This document shows positions 12,901-27,900 of a DNA stretch of 64,000 nt, in pieces. Numbering within the stretch: position 1 is the first letter of the stretch; the number at the start of each line of letters is the position of its first letter. The notes below the pieces were generated by a model. The model worked only from the letters and a program-made list of their open reading frames with translations. It was not told the origin of the DNA and did no database searches. The position numbers and the translations under genes were made by a program. This stretch comes from Perna viridis (taxonomy: Eukaryota). The stretch covers positions 38,342,103 to 38,406,102 of the forward strand of contig CM074519.1 of assembly GCA_037379345.1 (NCBI GenBank). The letters run 5' to 3'.

Positions 12901-15900
12901 CGAGTTCACCCTATGCATCTGCTGGGTGCGTTCACGATTATGCCGCGGTTACATTATCATAGGTGTTTGGAGGTAATTTTATATATCAAGCCCGTTCCTT
13001 CTCATTGTGGGAAATAAAAAAGTCTTTGTAGTGAAAAGAACTATTATGGCTTAAAGATAGGCGTTCACATTTTATTAGCAAGTTCAACTTCAAAATCCGA
13101 TAATGTTTTTTGTAAGTAAATTATCTTGCAACCGAACCGTATCGTTCATCTTTACAATAGTACTCATGATTCGGGATTTTAAAAATAAAAAATAATTGGC
13201 AAAATTTTTTTAATGTAAGTTTTTTTTCATTTTATTTATTAGTATTTAAAAATTGGTGTGTGTGTTTTTTTTTTTTTTTTAATGTTTTAGCTATGTTACA
13301 CTTTTTTGAATGGTATTCTGTATAAGGAAATCGAAAGAAGGTTTTCTGAATTTACAACATTCTTATTAGGGTTAAGAATTATTTCGTTATACTTACCTTA
13401 AGTCATGTTTCATAACTAAACTATGCCATATTTCATATAGTAAATTTACTCTATTATCCCAATAGTGGCGTTCTTGAGACAATTTTATTTCACATAAGTA
13501 TTAAATAAATGTAGATAATAGACACAGAGACAATAATATAATAATGTTAATGGTCCTATAAGTGGCCAGAATGGCCGAAAATGGTCAACATAGCTGTACG
13601 GGGTCACAGGTCAAATCATGTAAATGGCCATAACTGATATAACCCGACACTTGACTATGGACACTCTGAAGGCGCCATGAATCTTTTGGTTGTCTGCTGT
13701 CTTCCTTGTTCTGAACGAACATTGACCAATAGCACATTTCATTTGATTTTTCGTGTAATATTTATCATTATTTTATGACCCGTTTAAAGGCTGGGGTTAT
13801 GTTTATAACACAGTTCGGGTATCTATCTTCATGCCATCTCCTTCCCACTCGGAGCTTTTCCTCACTTTGGGCTTTCCGAAACGAAGTTTTATTAATTTAT
13901 TACGAACGGATTAGGTCTTACACGTGTACCAGTTGTTTGATCTAGATATTCAAATTTTAAATTTTGATTACCCGTTTGAAGTTTTGAACTTTAGTATATT
14001 TTTATTGCACAGCGGCACTAATACTTGAATGATCTGTTCCAGAGGCATCATACATGATTACAAACACTGACAATACTTATTAATTTACAAACTCTATAAA
14101 AATGTTCCATACAGAAACAATACCCCCGGTCAAAACAAACTCGTAACTCATGCATAACTATTTTGTCAATAGAAATTTGATGACAGTATAACGCCTTGGG
14201 TCTTGCAGGATTTCTAAATATTGACTTTAGATTTCTCATTTTAAACTTGTTTTTACTTCTATCAATGATCTTCAAACAAATTGTGTTTGTGGTGTTACGT
14301 CATATAATTTGTTAACAACTTTTCCACGATTTTGCTAACTTTCGTTAAATTTGACATATGAGGTATTTTTATTTTTATTGTTTTTGTTTTTACCTCTTCT
14401 TTTCTTCATTGTTAATTGCCCTGTTTCGGGGGCAAACATAACAAAATAAAGCAAATGAATATTTCAGAATTTGTTCGTGGCATTCACAATTTCTGAGAGT
14501 ATTTTAATAATTAAATATTTCTGAAAAAGCGTTCTTAAGAATAGTCACTGACAAGTCAGTTTAACTTTCATTATTTAACTCAATCATTTTAATTGATTTC
14601 AGATTATTTTATATTTCAAAACAAGATGCCATAACATAGGCGATCAGTCAGCTTCATGAAGACGCTTTAATTCTTGTTTTGTCTGTTCTACGACCATTCT
14701 AATTAGGATTAAAGATGTCATAAGATAAAACACGCAACAGATTGTATTCAAAATTAAAGAGAAATGAAGAAATTGATGTTTCCATTCTGCAAAAACTTGA
14801 CAAAATGGACGAGTTTTGTGAAGAATATTGAGGCTTGTGGTCTGACATTTTACACGTTATGTTTCTGAGTTAACGGCTACTGACTTTTACAACCACCGTA
14901 TTAATACTAATTATTTTATATTGAATCCAGAATCACCGACCAATCTGATATATTTATAACTAAAGGCAACGGACTCGTAAACATGGCGTCAAATATCGCC
15001 TGCCGTGAACAGAAAATAGGTCGCCTATATTGCTTCCAATTACAGGTTTTATCGGTTTAATTAGCTAAAAAACTGAATGCCGTTTCGTCTCCATCGCAAT
15101 TTCTGATATTTGGACCGCTTTCACTAAGACCTGTCCATGTTTACAATATCGTTTGGCCATTCGTCCTTGAAACGGACACCACTAAGGATAAATTCCAAGA
15201 ACACCTTGTTTTATGAATAGGCTAGTATGTCCCTACAATTGGTTGTGTCATTTAGTGAACACAGTAAAGTTCAACGTTGCTCCTCTCTAAAACGCTAATA
15301 AGCAAATAATTAATTTAAAAAAGAAAAGAAAAAAACATTCTCTTGACTTAGAATTAAACATTATAAATGAAATACGCTTTAGAAATATATGAAATAAATA
15401 GCGATAATACACATCCTTTATAGTTAAACATCTAAGATTCTTTTATATACAACATTTATTGTAGTTACTTTCTTTTCTTCTCTGAGTCAAAGAGAAAGTT
15501 GTACTGTATAGGCTAAAAACAAATTACTTTTATAAAGTTCGTTTCAACCATACAATGTACATATGCAAAAGGGAAAAGATATATTAAGCGCCAAAAGAAT
15601 CTTTGTGGGCGGTGTATTGACCTGGTTACAACTGATATATACCCTCTAAGCTTACAACCATCATGGCGACAACTCGCTTCCGCCCTAATACCTGGTAGTA
15701 TCGACATTGCTGTTTATGAAGTACTTGCTGTCTACTTCAATACAAATGTATAACTAAATTAACATTAACAAGACATTGTAAGCAGTTGTTTATGATTTTT
15801 TCGCAGTATCAGCTATGTCTATAAATACATTCAGTATTTGCATATATTTAAAGCACACGAGAGATATTTGCACCAACAGGGCATACGACAGCCGAATCTG

Positions 15901-18900
15901 AGTTACATCATGATTAACAAGTGTTGATGGAACTAGACTGGTACCAGCTGATTGTCTGCTTCCCGACAACTTGTTTGACACTTATGACGAAGAAACAGGC
16001 ACCGAGAAATATTTGAGTTATCGATTTGATATTTACTAGGCACTCTTACAGACACGCTCCTAAAACAATCGGTAAGGGTGAAGTAATAGCCATCTGTAAA
16101 CTATAAGACATGGTTGCCATCAATTCAATGCAACATTTCGACATGAGTTGGAATACTTTAGTAATGCATCTAGAAACGATTGGCCACAAGGTGCAATTAA
16201 CACGAATTCCTCTGGTGTAGTTCTCAAAAATGACACGCATATAATAGCAAAAGTGACCTTGCTTAATTCTCCTTTTTGTTTGCTTTTTATAATGTCTGTT
16301 CCTGTTCGTGTTAGACACTTAAATCAAAATAAATTGATTAAAACATTGTGAAAATAATAAATGTTTTGAATATTTTTGGAATTAGTATGTGTCAGTAAAA
16401 AAAGATCGGTGAATGTTTCGTGCAATTAATAACTGACTACAGAAAGCACTAAATGTATAAGTTTTCGCGCAAATATGCGCTAAATTGAAAGTATCAATTA
16501 GCAGAACTCGTTAAGTGTAAACATTCTCTCTTTATTGTGTTCATTAGATGGAAATGTTGTACAAAATGTGTTAAGATGGCACTGAAAACGTAAGGAAACG
16601 ACTTTTATGTGTGACTACTGGTAGTAAGGATATGTAGACCATCTGTAGATCATTACTATCACAACATTACTGTGAGTTTTTTTTCTGATTTTAGACTGAA
16701 AACAGGAACTTTTCAAACGTCCTCTCTTGACAATAGTCAAGATTCACGCAATGTAAATTCAAGAATAAACATATCAATATTGTTCAGACCAAACACTTCT
16801 GCTGAATGATCATACTGAAACAATTCTTGATATCAATGACAAGCTCGGCTTTGTATGATTTATTCGACGATAAAAACTTTTCTGCAGTGAAATATTTCTT
16901 GTACAAATGTTGTTACTGCATGCGTTGGAAAGAGTAAAGTGTGATATGCTGGATATATAACCTAAACTAATGTTATATATATAAACTCAAATGATTATAT
17001 ATCACTTCAATACTAGCGACTTGCTCGTCAGCTTCCTCATATGTACCCTTTCCTTCTTGTAGAGTTGAGCTTCTATCCTCCTCCTTCTATCACAAGTAAC
17101 AATGCAAACCCACATAGTTGTGTCCCTTCCGTAGACTGCAAACCATTTTTTTTAACGAATGACTTGCACAATAACGTGATGGCCTTCTAAGATACTGATC
17201 TTTCTCAGTGTTGATGTTTTTCCTGAGTAGCTATAGCTGCTGCGGCAAAACAAAAGAATAATGGCTGTTTTCTTGCTGTCGATATCCCCTGCAATAGCGA
17301 AAATTGTCGTATTGACTTTTTAACTGCTTTTCATTGACGCTAAAATGCTTTTAAAGTATCACATTGTCAAATTTTGTCATAAAGCTGAGATATTATCCAC
17401 CATTTTCCAACATTTTAAGCACGTTTTCTGCACAAATCCGTATATCAGCAGTTAGAACTATTGAGTTCTATTGTATTTTCCCCTTTTGTCAAATAAAAAA
17501 TGAAGTCTAGTGTGAAAATTGGCAGAATTGTAGTTATATAACTTGAATAAAAACCGTTAGAGATACTGTTTTCGTTGAACACTGAGGATTTAGTTTCAAC
17601 ATCAATTCAACACGCAACGTTTCACAATAGCTATACACTTTATCAGATTTCGAAAAAGATTTAACAAATAAAAACATCACCTTGACTAACCCCATCGATC
17701 GGTGCTTTTACAGGGGATTCAATGGCTGTTTAAAAAACACGACGAGGTGATGACAATGTTTTTGCTCTCATTCATTTTTAGTATTCGCATAAAAAACCTT
17801 TATTTAGAATGCTATCTTGAAAAGGGTGATTATTCTGTTAAAACAGTACTCTTCATGAAATTGAAACTTTCAAAAATTGTAACAGTATTTCAGAATTAAT
17901 TGAAAGTCTATAATATCACGACTTTTTAATTTATATCAGTTGTCTTTCCCGTAGATGTGAATGAAATCACCGGATTTGGAAAGACGTTTGCATTATGTTA
18001 CATAAGACAGCAAACATAGTCAGTATTATGGCTGAAGATACAGCCTTTTTAAGGGTTTTAACAGACATTTTGATAAAATAGTGGCAATAAAATACAAAAT
18101 TCAGATTAGAAATGATTAATAATTGACTATCATAAACCTTTCTGTTTTACTTGATATATCCTGTTTATAGCCGACGCCGATCAACAAACTTTCCACCCTT
18201 TTACGCCTTCGGGGTACATAAAGATTATGATTAATTTGTAGCTCGTTAAAATAGTAATACCAAACGATCAACTGCTACAATGAAAACTGAAGTGTTCAGA
18301 ATAAAAAAATAATATATATCAGTCACTTTATACTACTTATGGTATTTGAAGTATTGCCGAAAGACATGGTCCGGCGCCATTTTTGTTTGCCTCCAAATTT
18401 TTTATACAGTCTTGATCACCATTGTGTTTTAAGTGACATAACTCAGTACTGTTGACATAAACATGTGTAAAACAGGAACCACGTCGGACTACTTCAAAGG
18501 TCGATAAGGACTAAAACGGTCCTTAAAAAGATGTTAACTTGTTTTAAATGACAAATAAATATAAACAAATCTCATTATTTACAAATGAATATACATATGT
18601 CTAATTAAAGAAGATAACGTATCGGTTTCCTTGATCGAATGTCTGGGGATATTTCGCGAGTCCTCTGGTAGCTGCCTTTATTGACAAACACAGTTTACTA
18701 ACGATGTCATGTGTCAATGTTTTTTTTGAAATTATGACCAACTAAAATGTGTAATTAGTTAATGTAGAGATTCGTCTTCGTCTTGTCACTAAAAATACAA
18801 TTAAAATGATACATTTTAAAATTCAAACTTTACGCCGGTTAACTCGCTTTTCCCATGGCCTATTTCCCGTTTAATTTTCAAAGTTAATCCGATTGTTGAA

Positions 18901-21900
18901 AGCATGCATGAGAACATGAGTCTTTGAATACAACTGGCAGTTGTAAAATCACCGAAGTTGGGTATATATTCCATGAGTTTCCTTCGTGCATTATAAAAAC
19001 AAAGAAACAGAAATACGATCAGTTGAGACAGCTAAGAAAATAAAAGTCTAAACATTAATGCGACCTGACAGATCCCGTAATTGACAGAGCTTGATTCCTG
19101 GAGTGATTTTTCATATACTTTTACAAGAAGCATCAATTATTAACGAACTAACATCTTATTTCAACATTTTCGCGCTTTGATTAAGACCTTTTAATGACAC
19201 AAGAACGCAATTTATGTTGAAATTGTCATTTTTATCGAATCAACTTCTGTATTCTATCATGGAACATCAAAGAAAAGTTAAAAATCGAATGAGATGAGAA
19301 TCTTATTTGTACCTCGGAATGATCAAAGATATCGGAAGCCGGATACTGTGAACTCATGCCGCGCGCATTAATCTGCTACAGCGGCAAAACGTTAATCCGA
19401 GGTGAAGAATGAATCGCGGATTACCATGATGTAAGCGTCTGCTTGTGATAAGAACTAGAATACGTGATACTCTCCTTGCTATTTTAAGTGGGATTATGCC
19501 AAAGGCTTGTTACAGTATCGTTAGTTTCCTAATGACAAATGATATTCCGGGTAGTACAACTAAACATAGAATGCCTAGCTTTCTATTTGGTTTATGAACA
19601 CAACCTGTTTTGACAAGACAATGCATTTTTGTCCACTTTTAATTACATGTACTATGTTTTCTAATTATGAAAATAATGCGTAATTTTACAGTAATGATCG
19701 ATTTTGGAGATTGAAAATCTTAATAAACCATAATGTCAGTGGTCAAAACTGAAATATTAAGTAAATTTATTCATATTTTCTGTCACAAAACCATATATTT
19801 TCAATGTAACTATCAATATTTCAAAGTGTCATATGTAGGTTCGATCTTTTATTGACATTCATTATCACTTAACGCGATTAATCACCAAAAACAAGTATTT
19901 ACTGCTTTACTTGTCTCGTGGTGAATCGCACGAGATCTCAAAAACTAATGACGTAACGAAAAAATGCGACAAGTTCCACGCCTGTCATTCGTTAGCCTAA
20001 CGACATTACACCCTTTTAGGATCTGATTTATGAGTCTGTCGATGAAATTTCTCCAGGGATCAAAATGACAGTGTAATTTAATTATAAGATAAGTAAATAA
20101 ACAATATAATAATATCCAAACAGGACAGGGCGATTTACCAAGTCATATATATTAAGTGAATAAGAATCGGAAAGTTTACTATCTTGTTTTATACCAATTA
20201 TTATTTTGTTTTCTTCATTTATCAAGAACATATCATTGTGCCGTTTTAAAATTTTACATCAGGCAAGCATGTCCTATTAATTTGCTGGCAGTAATCAATA
20301 CAGGAAGGGTATGCTGGTATAATGCACGGGACATTTGACCACACATAGCCTAGTATCTTAGAATGATTCAAGTCATATGAAAATTATAAAATATGAGAAT
20401 GAGAAATGTGTTTTTAAAGAAAATTAGAATACACGATAGCATAACAATACGAATGTTTTATAAAAAAAGAAAAGAAAATAAGAATATGAATTTAATTTGT
20501 GAATTGAATTTTAATAAATTATTTGCTATTTATTATATTAAAGTTATTCATTTATTTTTTTTCATATTTGGATGCTTACCGACATTTAAGGTGACACTAG
20601 TGAACCATTCAAATACAATGAAGACAGAATAATGCATACATCCACATTATTGAGATAAAAACCCAACAGAAAACGAATATAAATAAACATGTAAAATTAT
20701 TCCATGACATGTCCGGAGCGGTCATAGGAATTTACTCAAAGTTAAATTCTAATTTAGGTTTCCTTCAAAATAACACTTTAGCTGCGTTTAAGGTTTGTGT
20801 AAATTTAAAACTTCTTTGAAAACATTACAGGTCTTTTTTTTTTTTGTAAATTGGACATGTAACATAATTACGTAAAGAGAATTGAGATTAAATTGATAAA
20901 TAAATGAGAGAGATTTAAAAAAATAATAGTTGTGAAGTGGTTAATTTTCAGAATTATAAAGTAGCCACATATATAAAAAAAAAATACAAACGAAATACGA
21001 AATAAAGCACAAAGTACATATAAGATATGTTTACGAAAAAGGAGGCCCACATGTTTCGCTCTTATATCCTTGGTCAGGGTTGAATGACAATGTGTAAGCG
21101 CAAGGTAAACCACAACTGTCTGCAAAACGAGTAGAGTCAACTCACACAAGTTTTACTGTACAAATGTGGATACTTTTTACTTATAACAAACTTTTAAATG
21201 GAAGACTAGGGGACAATAGAAAATAAATGATCACGGCATGATAAACATTTTTATGCTGAATATTTTGAAAAATGAAATGTTCTCAGTAATTAATATGATA
21301 GGTCTGTAAGCATCACTATTACATTTTTCCCCAAGCAAGGCACACTGCTCGACCATATTTTAATATTTACTAGAACGGTGACAATTATGACACTTTGTTT
21401 TACCTCTTCATACTGCTTTATTTGACACATTCTTGGACTGACACCATTGCACCCCAAAACTATAATAAAAAACTCTCTTAATTGAAAATAAAACATATCT
21501 TATGTCAAGAAATAAATTTATTTTATGGATAAATTAATTTGTTGTGGTAATTGAGGTGTAACAGGTGCCCGCCGGACAGGTCACTTGTCCACCTATCATC
21601 GCCATCGTTAGTGTCTAACCAGTGACTGGCGACAGTTCGGACATAAACCTTATTTTTACATATCAATGATAATGTTACATGGTGATTTTTAAAGAAAACA
21701 TTGCGTAATATTTATTTTTTCACGTCATTCCTGCAATTTTTGACGAAAAATGTGAAGTGGACAAGGCATAAAATTACAACATTGTGTAATAAAATTACTC
21801 GTTTATGTTGCAAAATAAGTGTGTGCCAAAGTTTATCTGACCTACGAAAATGTTATTCAAGATGACCTAAAATAGTTATTATACGACAAACAAAAAACCT

Positions 21901-24900
21901 CAAAACCATTGAAAACGGCATTCTAAACAACAACAAAAAAATAAACATAGCAAAATTGACCCAATAAAACATTGAAATTTTCCTTACAAATGAAAAAAAA
22001 AAGATTTACACTAGACGCACCCTAGCCCGTAATTGACATATATGATACTTCATAAAGAAATGGTCATGTACCTAAAACGTTTGTTTTTAATAATTTAAAT
22101 AATACAGATGGACTTGTATTTTATCTCAGGCTTGTCGTGAATCATCTTTGACCACTGTTAGTCTGGGATTTCATATTTTTTTATATCATTTCTATTACTT
22201 TAGAAGTTCCGTGCCTATATTCAATCCTTACAAAGTAAATTCATCATTCTGACAATGGCTAAAGGGTCTGATAATGGCAGGATATAAAATGGCCACCTAC
22301 AATCGAGACATTGAGCAACTAACCCGACAATATATAACAGCCGGATTAATATCCGTAATGGAACCGAACACTTTTCCGATTTCTTATCTTCTGTCAGGTA
22401 ATGAGCTCCGAAGGAACAGATAGTTATGATATTGCTAATGAAAATGGTGTATGAAAGGTTGGAATAAATAACTTGAGAAATCGGCGGTTGAAGCTATAGA
22501 ATTTTTAGCTTTACATGCACGGATCATTCAAATCTCAACGATAGTGACTCTTTGGTCACATTTTTCAGTACGAGTCGGAGTTATACCCACAATATTCTTC
22601 TCTTCAATAAACTCCTGTTTTATATTTTACTTTCTGGTCATATTTCTATATTTGACATTACAGTGATCGCAAATAATAATCTAGTAGAGACACATTTCTG
22701 GTGTCAATTTCAAAGCAGACATTTATAGTCTGTGAATATGTTGCCTTTAACCGGAAGTGGGTGATACCTTTTGATTATTTTCCATGATATGATCAATATT
22801 ATGGTCCCAATATCTTGTATATTAGAGTTCAGAGATTATCATGTTGTCAGTTGTGGCTGAATATCGCCTAACAACCTCTGGTCACTATCAAATAATATAA
22901 CAACGTACCGTGGGAGTGACGAAACCATAATAAATATATATGTATATCTTCCAACTAAAATTAAATCATAGATATGAAAGTATACGACATAACGCAGACG
23001 AAAAGTCCACACTCATATTCTAATGGAGTGTACTGAAATATGTAATGGAATAGAAAAGTGGGAAAGTAACCACAGGAAAAAAGGATTTTGTCTAACATGT
23101 ACGTTAAAGGGTTGTTAGAAGAATTAACTGGCCGAAAAAAATTGTCATTCCATTCCTTGAGTCGTCCTACAACTTTTATATGCCTTTAATTTGGTGTCCA
23201 TAATAATTGGGCTAGATGTGATTTTGACGCCCCATTCAATGTCCATCTCTTCAAACAAACTGAAGATCCTTTGGTAAATCGTTGTCTATTATTAAATCCC
23301 CAAGTGTTTACTTTACGGCCATAATATATACTAACGGTAAACATAGGCCGCTTAAATTTATTGCTTAAGTGTAATTTTCATCAGAACAATAATGTGGAGT
23401 TAGAAGTTTACACAGTGTAAATCGTTTATCCAATAAAAGTTATGTATCTAAAACGTGTTTAGTTTATATACAGAAGAAACAATATTAAGCTGATTCGGGG
23501 CAAATAAGATTTTAGTCATGGGAATATTTTTCATGTTTCGGTTATTCATTCCGTAAGAACAAATAAGAAACGAGAGTATTGAACGACCGTATTACATGCA
23601 TAAGTGCTTTATATAGCCCAAATTTTTATTTCAGCTGGTAGAAAGGGGTTCTTTTTAATATTCATTTTGCTGTTTGGAAAATTTCCAGCCAATTAAAAAA
23701 TATATCAAAAGTTAATCATATAGTTGTGTGAGAGCTGTCAGTGTGTGTCCAAGAACGGATGAAGAGTCTTAAAGGGACAAATATGAAAAAAAGATAGCAG
23801 GTTTAATTCATAATCAGAAGTAATTAATACAGTTTATAGAAATATCAAATTATTGAATAAGACCAGATTGATGCGTAATTCTCCATCATTAGAAGGTCGG
23901 ATAGGAGCTTAACGGTATTTTGGTGTACCTGTTACAAATAAACGATCATCTCACACGATATATAAGATAGTGGTAAAGAAATTAATTAATTAATGTTTTC
24001 ACATAAATATTCGGGACATTCGTTGAGTTAATAACAATGCTTTGTCCAGTTTATAATAAATCTGCTAAATGTGTTCGATGTCTTACTATAATCAACATTT
24101 ATTTATATTTTGCTATAAATTAAATTAAGAAATATTCACGATAGAACCAACTGAAGTAGCATCAGCATTACATATCTATGAAAAAAAATAAAAAAAAAAC
24201 TATTTAAAACAATAAAAACAGGAATATATGAATCAAAATGTACGAAAAAAAGAGTTAAATTAATTTTCACTTAAATTTGTTCCGGGTTTTTTTTATTTTC
24301 ACTTTTATGCATGTTTATGGCGATAATTTGTGTTTCATACGTTTTGACACGGTCTTACAAATTTTAATTTGATTTTTACGTACATTAATATGTATTTTCT
24401 ACCTCTAAGCAACAACATTATTTTAATTTAATGGCCATTTTCTTTTCATAAAACATGGAATCATAACAATATTGTCCACACCTAACCTTAACATAAACAT
24501 TCATTACTTTTATAGTATTTTTTATTAAATTTTTGACATTAAATACATGTATTTAGTTTAATATGGAAGTGTCACCTTTCCACGGACAGAAAACAACCAT
24601 TTGTGTCAAAAAGGGAGTCTATAGCACAAGTAAGAGTAAAAAATATGATATATCTCGTTAGTTTATTGACCAACAAACCAATAAATAAGTGAGAAAACAG
24701 TGGTAAGTTCGGGACCGTAAGTTTCGGTTTTGGCAGGTTGGTTTTCTTACCTAATTACTCACAAGATCAAGTTGTCACGTCCAGGATAAGTTGTTGAAAT
24801 GACGGAGATGTCAGCCCTCAATCTAGACGTTAAGTCTATTTTTTTCTTGTAAATTAGATCACTTTTATGGTTTTGTACTGGTTTCGAAATTGGCATTCTA

Positions 24901-27900
24901 GTATCAAGGTGCCTATTTCATCATTTTTCGTCTCTTTGCATAACAAAAAATTAGAATAAAATTTCCAATTCTAAAAAGAAAAACAGACGGAGTCGAACCA
25001 TACATGCCATATCTTAATTATGCAAAATTATGCAAACCAGTAATATTAAACATTTCTTAAGAAAATAAACATATCGAAATTTTATATTTAAAAACAAATG
25101 TTCGCTTTTTCTTAAAAAAAAAAATACTTCGACGATGTTCACAATTTGAAATACAAAAATAATTTTGAAAAATACACATTAATTAAAAATAATCTAATTG
25201 TGTTATTCTAGTAAAAAAGAAAATCCAAAAAACGGACGAAAAAAAACCCAGATATTAAATGATGACACTTTTATTCTCCAAGTTGTAGCCACAGGGGTCA
25301 ACATTATCTTAATTTTCTAATCGACCCCAATCAAACATAATACACTGACTGATGAAAATCATCTGATTTCTTTCGATAGTCCATCCGTTTAATTCGTCAA
25401 ATTGTCTGCTTCACGTTCGTTTAATTACTTTGAACTTAAATAAAGATGATACCAAATCATAGTGGCAAATCAGCCAGAAAATATAGCTGATACTTCATGT
25501 TTATATCAGTCAGTTATATCCTCATAAACATTAATTCCGTCCATTGGAAGGTTATTTTCTGACATAAATATCGTCGTTGAAGTACGAGAGATTTGGACCT
25601 GACATGACGACTTTACCCCAAACATAATATACGGTTTTAATGGTTTTAATGAAAGCATAATCATTATACAAACTGATCATGGACTTAGATAAACTTATGC
25701 TTTCATGCCTTATTTATTGAAAATAATGTTGTGTATTCAAATTTACTCTCGAATCAAGATCAGTTCAATCAAAATTAAACTACATGTTAGTTGGTCATAT
25801 TAACTTTTCTTAATATTTATTTTATGAAAAAAGTAATATTTTAAGAAGTTTTGATGCAAATGTATATCTTGAATTACATTTTAGTGCCAATCTTATTTTA
25901 AGATGTTGAAAATAATATCAAAAAGGATTTTGTTAAATAAAATCATTCAGTTTTCATTAAAATTGTCTAGGCTTTTAATTGTAATAATGCCTATGAAAAT
26001 TGGAAATTAATTTTCCATTCCTTATTTAGTATGTGATAATTCATAAATAATTTCCATTCTAGATACAATGTATCTTGATTGTTTTCATATGTTAAATAGA
26101 AAAAATAATATATGAAATTATAGTCGAAATAAATTAAGAATTTTAAAAAATATCCATGTTATGATAATTCTGAATGATTTTGGCATTGCTTCAAACTTCT
26201 GTGCAAACTCCGCACCGATATAAATAAAACCATTGTCGAGTCCATCCCGAAACATTCCTAGCGTCACTTGTGATGATGTTTACGGGCAACATATTGCTTA
26301 TCTTACACTGATTAAATACAGTATAGCGCAACTATTCTTATTTGGCGCCGCAAAGTGACAGTAAACGACATGCACGTGACATAACACACCAATGCTTGCG
26401 CTAAACATGCATATTTCTACGTCTTATTTGTATCCATTCATACCACTAGTAACGTATGTTATATCATTCGTTTGATATTTAGTTCATCAACATGTCTTAC
26501 AAGAACTTGAATTGACGTTAATATCAAGGGGTTCTAGTAAAGATACTTTGATAGGATCGTCTTGACCACTGGTTACGATAGTTTTCAGTATCTGGTACGT
26601 CTCTGTTTGCCGCGATATAATGATAAACGACGGCTATCGGTAATTAGTGGAACCGCTTGGTCGTCTGCTGGATAAACGCAGCAGTCTCGGTCTTAAACGC
26701 ATCGGCTTCAACAAGGAAAACGTCAAAAGTAATACAAACAGTGGAAAATTGACAGTCGAGTTTGCGATCCATACAACATATTACAAAGGAAATTAGAAAT
26801 TATGAAAATAAATGAATAAAATAGCTGGCTAATATCAGTATTGGTGTATCATGGGCGGCATTGCTAGCGCTTTATGCGGACTCAGTGAAAACTGGTTCCC
26901 TGACAAGTCACCATGATTTTACTACAATGCCGTGACAAATTCAACAATCAATTTCATGTTATTGTAAAAGTGCACTTTATCTCTTTTTATCATTTCTATT
27001 TTCGATTTAAAGTAGATTTTTCGCTGTTCTTGTCTCATGAAACTTGAAGCTCGGAACAAGCATCAATGTAAGCCATACGCCTCATTCTTCATTTGAATTC
27101 CTGGAAACATTTCGTGCGTTATTTTGGCAAATTTTCCATTCTTACATCACGAAAAATTGCTTCCGCTGTCCGACAAAATTAGATAGTTCTTTTATTTCGG
27201 GGACATCCAGTACAGTTAACTTAGAATGCATGTCAGAAGTTCATAGAAGTCAGCCTTCATACCACTTCTCAATGTCTTGTACCGATTCACTTACAACATA
27301 TATAGGGATCTTGTGATCTTTTAGACAGCTTTTAACTTAAATTTGTGAAGATTTATACTACACAAGTACATCTTAACAATGTTATTCGTTTCATGTTTGA
27401 AATAAAAAACGAAAAATACTAGCAATATAATGCGGAAATATCCATGAAATTAATATCAAAGTAAGAAATCACAATATACATGAATCAAGACTAGTAATTA
27501 AGAGTGAGCTGTCTTGGATCAAAGCTACGGAGTGTGACTTGGGATAAAAACAACATGAAATGGCTATATTGAAAACACTTGTAAACATGACGGACTCGAG
27601 TAGTCACTGGGACCAGCTGATTCATTACAAGGTCTATGACAAATTACTACACTGTCAACAAAAGATAAGATGGCAGTAGTGAGACAAAAAACTACGCTTG
27701 ATCCCGACCTTAGTCCAGACGTGTTGTACGTATGAAACAATATACATGGAAATGTGGTATTTGGTCAATGTCAATTCCGGCTTCATCAAAGCATACAAAG
27801 TAATTCATAGAGAAAAAACGAACTTTGTAGAAAAATTAACAACAAGTATAACAGCAAACCATACAGAAATGACATATCTTTATCAATTTGACAGACCATC

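Noticed and set aside
17020-17400. Possible decayed hAT/ZNF862-like C-terminus on the minus strand (QLKSQYDNFRY, LLVIEG)
   Set aside because: The diagnostic ERxFS dimerisation motif is absent and the similarity is too weak.
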